A program made the position numbers and the translations under genes. Positions 9,273 to 21,058 of a DNA stretch of 64,000 bases are shown here, one piece after another. The stretch comes from Vermamoeba vermiformis. Its lineage: Eukaryota. The DNA lies in assembly GCA_045837725.1 (NCBI GenBank), contig JBEWZL010000063.1:186001-250000 (forward strand). The letters are read 5' to 3'. Each line of letters begins with the position of its first letter. Within the stretch, counting starts at the first letter, position 1. The notes beneath the pieces were generated by a model, which was given only the letters and a program-made list of their open reading frames with translations, made no database searches and was not told the DNA's origin.

Positions 9273-12200
9273 CATCCACCGCAAAGGACCAACGTTCGTC
9301 TTCGTTTTTCCCTTGGAATCTTCATCTTGAATGATACGAGACATGCCGAAATCTGATATCTTTGGTTGACCTTCAGTACTTAGCTATTGAATACATCGTT
9401 AATAAGAATATCTATGGCGTAAGTGGTGACTTACCAAGATGTTTCTTGCGGCCAAGTCGCGGTGCACGATGCTGTTGTTGTGAAGGTGAATTAAGCCATA
9501 TGCAATCTTCAATGCAAATTCTTTTCGTTTGGCATCTGTCATTGTACTCGCGTTGTTGAATAGAAGCTTGTCGAGACTTCCACCACCGCAAAATTCAAGC
9601 ACAATGCACGGATAAGACCCGTCGAGACTGACCCCAAATGTTTGCACCAAGTTCGGATGCGGTGTAATGCCAAGTGTCAGCTTGGCTTCAGCAAGGAACC
9701 CTTCCATGTCAGTGACTGTATTGTTCACTTTGATCGCTACTTCTGCACCTCGCCATTCCCTGAAATTTAATTCATTAGCACCCTAAGTTTGAACAATAAC
9801 GTTTGGTTCGTACCCTAAGAACACTTTTCCGTAACTTCCAGCACCGATCTCTTTGGTGAAGACAAGGCTCTTGTAAGGAATGTGCATTCTTTTGTCGATT
9901 TCTGCGGGATTGATGCCTGTCGGATTGATCTCCAGCTCACCAACGTCATACTCGTCGTCAATTTTAGGAATGTTACTGTATTGACCACTCGCTCTGTCCT
10001 TTGCTGGAACCGTTGAGTACGCTGACGGCGCAATACCTGTAGCTGTAGCTGTAGATTTCATAGCAACAGCGCCACTACCACTCTCCACATCATCACTACT
10101 GGACTTTGGCTCTTTTTCATTCTTCTTGGCTTGTGCCTTCTTTCCGAAGTATACGCCAAAAAAGATTGCGGCTGCAACTCCGACAACAGGAATGACAATC
10201 GCTGGTACCAGTACTTCAGCACGAGATTGTGAAAGTGGCTCGTGAGTGACGTCTGCCGATGGCTGGCCTACGGGCTCGTTCATGGGAGGCTCAACTGGTG
10301 GGTTGACTGGTGATGCAGTGGGAGCAGTTGGTGCGATAGGAGGATTAGGAATTCCTTGTTGGGCATTTGCAGGCTTATCTGTGGATATACCTAAGTTAGC
10401 ATTAGTCTTGCTCGAGCAATACATATTCTGTCTGTGCACCAAACTTACCGTCTAATTGTACGCCTGAAGGTGCGTAGGGATTGGACGTAACTTTGTCAAT
10501 GAATCCACCTTGTTGATTATCAATGAAGTCTGAAACTATATCTCCGGCACTAGGCTCACTTTGATCTCCTAAGATATTCGTTAATAGACAGTTATTGTAT
10601 TTTTTGTTCGTACCTGGTGAGATTTCCAGTTCGAGTTCCAAAGTAGAATCGGACTGATAGACCGACCGCTTTGCATTTGATATAGTAACCCGTGCAACTC
10701 GCAATCGAGACACTCTAATGCCTGTAACATTCGCAAATGCATCGAGGACGATATCTGCAAACGATTCAGTGAAAGTAGCTTGCGCTCGAAATTTCATCGT
10801 GAGATTGAAGCCTGTAAGTCGGTCGTTAGTAAACAGTATCGTGCTGATTCTGATTTACGTACCTGTAGGACAAGCAAGAGCTGCGTTATGTGAAAAAGTC
10901 AATGCGTAGTCTTCGAGAACCCAGCGATAGACCGTTGAAGTGTTAGAACCAAGTTGTACTTTGAACCCGAGTGGGTAATGAGGAGCGCCAGCGATATCAA
11001 AGTAAGTCATAGGTGTTGTGCTTAAGGGCTCCAAATTGTTTCTGTCTGCCACAAAAGGCAACCTGAAGTTGTTGGTAGCGGAAATTTCGTAGGAAAAGTG
11101 AGCGACGTTGTTTTGATCGATGCAGTCTAACACAGGAATAACATTTTGAAGTGGCAATGGTTCAAAAGTGTATAGAGCGCCGTCGACTACAACGTGCACG
11201 TTACAATTTTCGCCAATAACTGCTTCAGACTACAAAAACATGAGTGAGATGACACGTGTCAGATGTCAATTTTTGACACTTACCACAGCTCGTGTTACGT
11301 TGACAGCTGGCGGCAGATTTTCAAATAATCCAATTGCTTTGACCGAGTAGAGGTTGTTCCAATCGAGTGCGCGTAACTCCAGATCACCATTCTCGTCTGC
11401 CAACGTCATCAAAACAGCGTTGTCCACTAATGCAAAAATTAATCCGAAGTACTGTTATTATACTGTAATTGCTACAAACCTAATGAAAAGGTTGGATTGC
11501 CTGCGAATTTTCTTCCGGAAATAATCGTTGTGTTGGTGTTGATTTCAACGATGTAGTTATTCTTTCAAGGAGTTGTTAGCACTATAGAAGGACTTGAAAG
11601 CGATCTACTTACTGCCTTGTCATATGAATAAAGACTTGCAAGTGCTTTGGACCCTTTGATCATCATGGATTTGTCCATAAAAGTTTGACCCAACACGTCC
11701 CATGATTTGGTTCCCATTGGAGCTCCAGTTTGCTAAAAATTGGTCAGTATAGTCTATTGACGTGGTTTAAACGTATCATTATACTTACAGGATTATAATA
11801 AGCTATGACGTTGTTCTCCAAAAAGACCGCCAATTTTCCGTCGACAATAAACGGATCAACTGCGTGCAATCTTCCAGTAACAGACCGCTGATAAGTTGTA
11901 TCGTGCGTGCGAATAGTAATTAAATTATTTGAATTCGCTGAAGAGTAACCAACGATAATGAGTAGCTCCGTATCGTTTTTGTATATCATTGCCTCGCGTG
12001 GGGCTCCAACGTTAAAAGCAGGACTGTCTTGTGACCAAAAGCGCTCAGTAACATTCAACAAAGTGAAAGCTGAATCCGTCACGTCCGAATCTGCGATCCC
12101 CACGTTGGTTCTAACCATTAAATCCGAGCCAAAGGGAATCATGGAAGAGAATCCACCGCCAACAGCATTTTCTGCAATTATTTCGTAGTCCATAGTACTA

Positions 12201-12852
12201 TTGAAAGCTACTGTACTTCCAGAAGCTGAAAAAAAGGTAAAGCCGGATTTGGTGGCAGTGCACGTTGCTCTATCCCATAATAAGTAGCTAAAGGTGTCGC
12301 ATAAATTAGTCAATATTATGCACGATGTGTAGGAGTAAGTAGCTTGTGATTTTTAGCAGCGACAGATTTTTAAAAACAAGATCAAATTAACTGATCTAAT
12401 TTGATTGCGTTGGTTACGTACTCCTCCCATAGACGCGTTTCCAGGTTAAGCTTTAATATATAGCCAGTAGCCGAAAGGTAGGCATAGCGCTAAAGATTGA
12501 AGTTAAAAGAAATTGCATCTCAGATCTGGCTTTTCAACTTACTGCGCTCTCCAAAATTGGAGGAAGACCGTCGAGCAATCGATAAGTTGCTGTACTTGTG
12601 CTCCATGTATTACTGAATACTGTTGTTTTTCCTTGCGAGATCGCAGAACACAATAACTGTCAAAAAAAATAGGATCAGTTCTTTCATCCGTCAGTTCAAG
12701 ATTAAAATACTTACAGCCCGATTTATTTGATTATTTCGTTCATTGTTTGCTTTGTTCACCGGATAGCCTGAGTTAGCCAATTCTTCAGCCAAGATCAAGG
12801 CAGACGCGAAGATCAAGACGCCGAAGAAAAGCAAGGCAGGTGTGGGCTTCAT
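9273..12852 (-). CDS. Receptor tyrosine kinase-like protein with large ectodomain; kinase truncated after subdomain VIII
   Basis: Signal peptide MKPTPALLFFGVLIFASALILA; ectodomain paralogous to 18187-20958 and 21059-23654; TM VLVPAIVIPVVGVAAAIFFGVYF; GAGSYGKV, VAIK, HRDLAARN, DFG, GPLRWM. No APE or subdomains IX-XI follow. Confidence 0.85.
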
Positions 12853-13060
12853 TTGATTCGATTTGCGATATATTAAATAAACGGGAAGGAATTTGACATT
12901 AACTACGTGCGTAACAGCAGAAATGGGGTAGCGGACCCCAAATGAAAAGTCGGTAACAATTTTCCAAAGTGTGTCGGTTTATTAACAAACATCGAAGTGT
13001 TGCTCAAAAGGCAATGCCTCGACTAAAAATATCATCTATAATAAATAAAAAATCTAACTC

Positions 13061-14804
13061 TTAAAGGCAAGCAATCAACAATCCAGCCAAAGCGACGAAT
13101 CCAGCAATGTTCTTCACAGCACCATTCTGCAAGTTGTTAGTAGAAGGAGTTTGCGTCGATGGAGTAGTAGTAGTCACGGGCTGAGTGGTCGTAGTAGGTT
13201 GAGTCGTAGTGGTGGGCTGGGTAGTAGTAGTCGGTTGATTGGTTGTGCTAGGAGTCGTGGTAGTTTGAGGAGTTGTGGTCGTAGTAGGTGTGGTAGAAGG
13301 TGTTGTGGTGGTAGAGGGAGTGGTGGTAGAGGGTGTAGTGGTAGAGGGAGTGGTGGTAGGTGTAGTAGAGGGTGTAGTTGTAGGAGTAGATCCACCAGCA
13401 GCGACGCTCAAAATGGTCAATTGAGGAGGATTGGGACCTTCTTTCGATGAGAACTCAGCGTAGCCAGAAATGAAGCTGGTCACGGCAAAAGAGACGACGC
13501 CGTTACCAGTAGGCAACTTCCAGCGGACCCAAGGAGTGACGTCGAAGTCGATCCATCTGTCTTGAGCTCCGAGGAAGCTATAGAAGACTAAAGAATGGTT
13601 AGCACATGATAGCGGATCCGCTCTTCGTATTGACTTACTCGTTGCTTCATTGCCGCTCATAGGAGCTGGAGCGTTGTTGAAAGTCAAGGTCGTCTCGGAC
13701 CATGTTCCCTCAATGCCGTAGACTTGAACAGGAATGGTAGTCGTATTGTCAGTGCTGTTGTTGCTGCCGAAGAGCTTCAATGTAGCCTTGGTGATGATGG
13801 TATAGGCTAGGGAAATATTAGAGAAGCTCATGTTGAGTATAGTGCACGTGTACTTACCAGGAACGTTGAAAGAGAGGTAAGCAATGCGATTGAGGCTGAC
13901 GTCGATCGAGAAGTTGTTGTCGATCACCAAAACACTTTCGTTTCCGAAGTTCTGGTTAGCGAAGCTTCCGTTGCGGACGTAAGTATCAGCAATGGCATTC
14001 TCATTAACAGTGACCAAGTTGGGAGCATCTAAACCTCGAGGTTAGTACAAAGCTTGAAAAAGATTTTGCTCGTCAAATTTCTGATTTTTGACCGTCAAAT
14101 TTCCTTTGCCAGTACGTACTTGAGCCAAGAACTTGGAAGTTCAATGTAAGCGAGACATTGACGATATTTTGACCATCAAAAGTGCCAGGAACGAAAGTAA
14201 GACGTGCAATAGTCATTTGGATGTCGTTAATGGTTTTGCTGCTTAGATCTTGAGCTGGGGTACCTATTTAGACAAGAATATTAATCTCTGTGGCCAGAAA
14301 ACTCCTTTAATTTAGATTATTTACCTCCGCCAGCGGTGTAACCGGACATGGGGAAGTGGAGTTCGTATCCGAGGGTGTAAGGGAAATAGTTATTCAAAAG
14401 ATCGAAAAACTTTGCAAGATCTTTCGGCGAGTTCATGGTGGAAGCAAGGAAGCTCTTTCCGACGTCGCTAGTTCCGTGGTTGCCAAAGTTCAAGAACAAA
14501 AGCAAGTGGCATCTGTAACAAGTAGCATTAATGAGTAAATTTGCTACACGAGTAAAATCCAGCGTACCTTTCATTGCACATGTCAGCGGGAATACCACCA
14601 AGTGAAATATTAGTGCTAGTTGCTCCCTCAGCTTGGAAGACTAAGATCGAGTCCGCGCTAAAGGTAAAAGAGTGGATCACGTCTGTAAAGAACGAATTAG
14701 CTCATTTTTACTATTTTGTAAATATTTGAATCAATTTGCGTACCATTTGTCAGAGCGAAAGGAAGCAAGCAGAAAGCTAAAAGTAAAATGCGCAGTGCTT
14801 TCAT
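13061..14804 (-). CDS. GPI-anchored-type surface protein: unknown N-terminal domain, CBM96/DNRLRE-like domain, Thr/Pro mucin stalk
   Basis: Signal peptide MKALRILLLAF; DTYVRNGSFANQNFG..RIAYLSF..ATLKLFG..WSETTLTFNNAP..FDVT..FSSKEGPNPPQL; TTTP repeats; hydrophobic C-terminus. Confidence 0.8.
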
Positions 14805-16234
14805 TTCGATTGTGTTTGTTAGTATATTGCAATGAGTATTGACGAGTAGACGTATCGTATTTATAAGTAGCTGAGAATTAAAATTTGATGAATTTACGCT
14901 GGATTTGGGTAAAATTAGAAATTTTGTCACGATTCCGGACAACCACTTGGAAATTCGTCAAGAAAAGCTTCGATGAAAACGTTTATGTAAGATTGTCACT
15001 TTGATATGACGTTTTATAGGCGTTGTTTTTGAAACACGCCTTGTGGTAAGTTTTTGGATCTGATCAATTGCTAGTGTAAAGATGCGGCCTATGGTTGAAC
15101 GGGTTTTTTTAGAAAAGGTAAAGAAAAATAATAGGTTTGGGTTTTTTTTGTGTGCGGAAAACCGGGTGGTCCCCCCCCCGTAATTGAATAACGAACGAAA
15201 TGCGAAGAAAAAATTACACTGAAAATGCAACGTGCTATAAATAGTACGCGTACCTCAAAAGGTGCAAAGGATTCCTCCAGTAATTTTGTTTTGGATCAAG
15301 AATAAATTTCTAACATCGATTCTCTTAGTGCGTATGATTCAGCCTTCGCAACAGTGTTTCCAGTCGCACGACAATAATTTTTGCAAAGGCTGTTACTGAA
15401 TTATCCGCGTTGTTTTCTTCGAGTTCTATGGCAAGTTTGGTTCAGCTTTCTAGCAAGGGCTGCGCATCCGCTGTTTCGCCGGGAATACGGCCTCGTTTCG
15501 TGTGTTTTTTGTGTTTTAAATAATAGCAAAATACTTGCATTTTGTGGTCGTGTGGTGGCAGTTGTTGCTGAAAGATCAAAATTTTGTTTTGGCGCGCAAT
15601 CTTCATTCTGCTGTAAGCTTCGTAAGAGCTCACAATGCGACAAGCATGACTGTATATGTTTATGATTGAGCATGTTCATGCCGCAGTTGCGCTATTTAAG
15701 CTGGTAGCGGACGGATGAGAGATTTGATCAGCTGTTGGTACCAATCCCACATTCCCACTAATCCAACATGTTAGCAACGATATGGCACAATTTATGCGCT
15801 TAATAACTAAATTATTACAGCTGTACAGAATAATCGTAAAAATTAATTATTTTTCTTGGCTTGTTTGCAGCGCTAAAATTAGTTTATACTGTACAGATTC
15901 AACATCGTGGTAATATTTATCACTGTAGCATCGTCGTATTAAAGTTGAGTCACGCCACGACCAGCCAACACTCGACCACATCTCGAGCCAGCTAATCAAT
16001 TTCCATTGCGGTAATGTAAAAGATATAAGTGTAGCAAGTGCTGCTAGGCATATGGCTAATCGTAGTATATAATAGAAACAGAAATAATACGCACGGGACC
16101 ACGCACGTCAAAAGATTTGTGATTTGTAGGAACTCACATGTTACGACATTGTGCTCGAAATTAGTTGCGCCAAATGACACTCGCCATATTTGATTAAAAC
16201 CAACACCGAGTGCACATATTAAACAAGCAAATTG

Positions 16235-17903
16235 ATGGAACCAGTCGGAAATTCAACGACGGATCCATTCTTTTGTGAGACAGAGGCGGACTGCTTTAAT
16301 CATGGTCTTTGTGAACAAAATAAATGCATTTGCTGGACCTTATGGACAGGTAATTGTTAAAAACATCCGAAATTCATATTAAAACTTTTACTAACCGTTG
16401 GATCCTGTTGGTAAATTGCGCGTGTGTCAACGTATGACTTGCAGTTTAATTTTAACTTTTTCATGATTTCAAATTAAATATATATTAATTTCGATAAATA
16501 ACGTTATTTTGAGTCATTGACTGCGGCTAATAGAATTATTTCTCAGGTGACCAGTGTCAGACGAATAAAGTAGACGCCAACGAAACTATATTTCAGTTCT
16601 TCTGGATACAAAATTCTATATGTGCCGCGCTATTTCTAGGTATAGCGATTGCAGCCTTAGTTCAAGTGGGCTTCTTGATTGAACGGAAGCGCAGATTCAG
16701 ACGAACAAATTTGGTACGTGATTTTCCGCGTGCAAATCAATAACTACAAACAAATGCTAATATATAATGCTATTAGGCAACTTGGACTCTATTCCTAATG
16801 ATAGCATTTGTCGGAATTGGTACGTGATCTGATCGTGGAACTCGCATTGTATTTACTGCAGCTCAGTACTAATTTTATGATTAGAGCGTGTATTATATTT
16901 AATGCTAGACCCGTACCGTTACAGAGCCATAATTGGTGCTGGTAAGGTTCCGCTTTTCGCCGCGCATCCGGATTTATAGTCTCATTGTCTCATATTTGTT
17001 TAGTTGCGGAAGAAATTCTGTTTGGCCTTGCTATTTGGGGCTTTGTTTGTATATACCTCACGATATTGATCATATGGTAAGTCAGCGTCAAAATTTTTAT
17101 TAATGCATATGTGAACTAATCAGATCTGCAGGATGAAAATGTATAGCTCGACGAAGAATTCAGAACAGTTCGTATCTAAGTTGATCAAATATATATGGAT
17201 TACTATGGGCATAGTGTTGGCCGTTGAAGTCACGTACGACGTAATTCGAGCGTTATTCGCCGTTGGATCGGCCAGAACTACTGCTTTAAGTAAGCCGGAA
17301 ATAATTATTATTACATATTCTAACGTTATTCTATAGTTGTATATTTCGTGGTCGTAGCAGTCGCTGGTTTGGCGTCTTCAATATGCTTTTTAGTTTACGG
17401 GCGGTTGCTTTACAAGAGACTCAGCAAGTTCAGAGATCACGATCCAACGCGCCAAGCCAAGCTAGACAAGGTAATTATACAAATTACATAGTTAGCAGGT
17501 TATTCCGAGGCGTATTTGAAGTTTTTCGACTTGCAGATCCGACACGGTAAACTCATTCCAATTCTTTTAGGTTATGCGCTTTACTTCAGCCGCGAGTATT
17601 ATTATTATATCATATGCAGTAGCTTTAGCAGCATTGATCAGTGTCACGCTGATCTACGGCGAAGACATTACGGTGTTTTTAATTGTACATTTCTTGGAAA
17701 GATTAATCGAGTTTAGTGGCTGTTTGGCGATCTTAGTCACGCACCACGTCAATCTCAAGAGCATTAGAGCGCAATCTACGACAGCTAACAGCACGAACAA
17801 TAGCACGAGGCTCAGATCCAATAGCGCTACGACTAATGTAGCAGCGCGCAGTTCAGTGATAGCTTCAATGGCTGACAATACAGTTGATAGCACCACTGCT
17901 TAA
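16235..17903 (+). CDS. N-terminal EGF-like domain plus seven-TM (THH1/TOM1/GPR137-like) membrane protein
   Basis: CETEADCFNHGLCEQNKCICWTLWTG|DQC, then hydrophobic exons (LDPYRY, IYLTILIIW, VHFLERLIEF) and an S/T/N-rich tail. Confidence 0.7.
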
Positions 17904-18186
17904 AAAAAATATGTAAGTAATACTTGTAATTTTAGATAAATCATTTGTTTAGTTAGCGAATCTGAGATCGGTTACAGCCAACAACAAAACGGTTTGCGAT
18001 ATTAATACGCCGCAAGAATATGGTGTCGTCCGTATTCTTAGAAATGTGCACGATGCGACGAAGTTAACTTAATCAGCGAATTGATCACGTGGGCGATAAA
18101 AATAGCAACTTGTGACAACTGACACCTGGCAAGGGATAAATATCGCACTTTCCAATAACGACGTTATCATTTCAATATCATCCAAC

Positions 18187-20958
18187 ATGGCGAACACTAC
18201 AAAACAATTAGTGCTATATTTGTTATTGTTGGATGCGGTTCTACTGTTGGTAACGGCGGAGAAGTTAGCGAAGTCTGGATATCCTATTAAGGGCGCCAAT
18301 CCTCAACGAAATAATAAGATTAATCGCGGGGTAAGTTTAGATAATTATTTTATCGTTTTCTACTACTCCCATATAATTTCAAATTTTAATGAATCGATGT
18401 TCGTTGCTGGTTCAGAAAATTTTCGCTAATTTTTTAATTAATTACAGATTTTATGTCCTAATGTAGCTCCTGGCCGAACAACTGTCTTAGCCGAAGTTTG
18501 GAACTCACAAGCTGCGCTCATGCTCGAGATCCAGACTCCTTACCTCGACGGACAGGTAATCATTGCTGATTAAATTATTCTCGGATAGCTATTCTAATAA
18601 TTGGTACATTAGGGAGGTATTTATGTGTACGATGACAATACTGGATCGATTGTAAAATTGAATGCAACTACTGGCCTAACCAATGGGTGAGTTCTAACCT
18701 TTAAAACCATTTTCAATAGTGCAGATATTACATTATTATTCGAAATCGTTACAAGAAAGCAAGATTCTGTGCCGTGTTGACGTTTTTTTACCTTTGCTGA
18801 TCCATTTACATCCGCATCCAGTAAATTTGGAACTTCGCCTGGTGCTATTACTCTTGGTGAATCTGGCGTTGCATATTTATCTCCAGGTGCTTACTCAGTT
18901 GTTTTTGATTGGACAACAATGTCGCAGATCGGCAGCAACATCCCCTACGAGGCCGCTACAGCCGTATCAACATCGTTCGTACCATATGGTTCCAAGTATA
19001 TGCTGCGTGCAAATATCAACGACGATACAATCCCAGCGGTTAGCTTTTTGGACACGGATCTGTTTAATTGGTCCAACTCCCAGCCAAAAGTCTCGCCAGG
19101 TGTCACAAAAGACATCCTAGTATTTACCGATAGCAATGGTATCGATCATTTTATTGCTATTGGCGACGGATTCGATGGTAGTCTATATCATGTGGAGCTC
19201 AAGTCAGATCTGTACCAAGTCAACGTGACGGACTTGTCGCTCAGCAGTTATGATTCTGTTTGGCCCTTCATCTCCGACAATATTCTATATGTGGTGACAG
19301 CTGATAGCGCAACGCATAGATTTCACGTTGTAAGTATAGCTGTTAATACAAACGTTACATATTATTACTAACTTACGCTGATCAGATGAACGGCACGGAA
19401 ATTTTGCCGCCAATTCCAGCTCCTCCTCCACCAACTTTCTTCCTTAGTAGAAACGGAATAATTCACGATGGCAAATACGTCGTAAATTGGGACGGTGGAT
19501 CTGACGTAAGTGGGGACTTTTATTGAAATTTTATAAATTTGGAAGCTGACTAACTTATTTAGTACCGCGTCGTCGAAATGTTCTCAAATTATACTATCCA
19601 CGATGCCTATGCCTTTTCTGGCAATCCAACATTCTCAATACCAGACAACGTGTTCATATTCCCTGGTTATCTTCGTCAAGATGGCACTCTCGGTAAAATA
19701 CAAGTCGTGGCAATGGATTGGAATGACTGGAGCATTAGAGCAATTGGAGAGTTGCCAGAAACGGGCAGCAATCCTAGTGCGGTACGTTAAGTAAAACATT
19801 GCCTTTTTTGGTATTTGTTCGGCTGATACTTTGACAGACTGAAGTTGTCATCGGAGAGAACTGCCAAGTTAATGTTGTCGTTGGAAATCCAGGCAGCGGC
19901 GTCCTCCACACATTAGAGCCCTTGCCTATTCAAAATATCGTTCCTGTTCTCGAGTGCGTGGATGAGAACAATGTGGCTTACTTCTCCTACGAAAACCTTG
20001 GATCCCGCAATTTCAGAATGCCATTCGTAGTAGATCGTAATAACCTATCGCCAACGGTACGTTATATTAAATTTATTAATGCAAAGACTAACGGCGACTA
20101 TAGGGCAAAGCCCCCGTGTCTGTTTTCCGAGCTGGTGAAGGACCTCATTACCCGCTGAATTTCCAAATGAATATCACTAGCTTCATGAATATGAATGTAT
20201 CGTGGTTCTTGGAAGATTACACGCTTTCGTTTGTCTACTCAGAAGGCAACACGGATCTGATGTGTCCTTCGGGTAAGTACCGGATCTTCAGCTCAAGGTT
20301 CATGGCTAACGTCTACTTATAGCAATCAATGTCACTTTCCTCCTTAGCTCATCGTCGGCGTTTAAAGTCGATGTGATTGGCCAAGCCGTCCGTGACGCCT
20401 TTGTGACCGTAACTAAGATCAGATCTGATCGCGTAGTGTTAATCCGCGTCGGTTCTCCTAAGCGTGCAATACTGCAAACCAACGAGCTGGAAGTGGAGTT
20501 GCAGGTTGAGGCTGGTATGTTAACTGCTGTCTAGCTTCTGACACGTGTGATTAAATTGGATCCTTTATCTAGGAAATTCAACGAGCGAGCCGAGTGCGGG
20601 AGAAGTCGTTCAACAATTCACGCAAGGGCAACAACAAACTTTCAATACCGAGCTAAGTAATACGCCTGGCGCTCCTCCTGATACAACCCTTGAAAGTAAG
20701 ATCAAGATCTAGATCCGAATCATTTTCTGAAAGAAAAGTCATTCTAAAATTCTGATTGTAGATATTTCCACGAAACAACCCTCCACAGCTGTTAGAGGAA
20801 CGCCGAATCCAGTTCCAGTCCCAGAAGTTTCGCCAACAACTAGCCCGCAAGCAAATACTAACAACCCGTCGACTATTCCTTCTGCCGTTAGTGGCAGCAA
20901 TATCGCAAGTTTTAATATTATAGTATTTTCAATGCTTTGGTTCATTGGCGCTTCATAA
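18187..20958 (+). CDS. Cell-surface protein, kinase-less paralog of the RTK ectodomain, likely GPI-anchored
   Basis: Signal peptide; LAKSGYPIKGANPQRNN; PLPIQNIVPVLECVDENNVAYFSY; SEA-like module (DAFVTVTKIRSDRV..KRAILQ..EPSAGEVV); P/T stalk; hydrophobic end. Confidence 0.8.
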
Positions 20959-21058
20959 ATATACGTTTTGTTGCAAGAGCTGTCAAATTAAATGACAGGC
21001 GTTACACAACGACAGTTTTGGAATTCTGTTTCTATTATTGCTATATAATACAAGCACA

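Noticed and set aside
14958-16180. Several short ORFs and homopolymer-rich sequence in the long intergenic region
   Set aside because: No domain signal or splice structure; probably promoter DNA, partly low-complexity.
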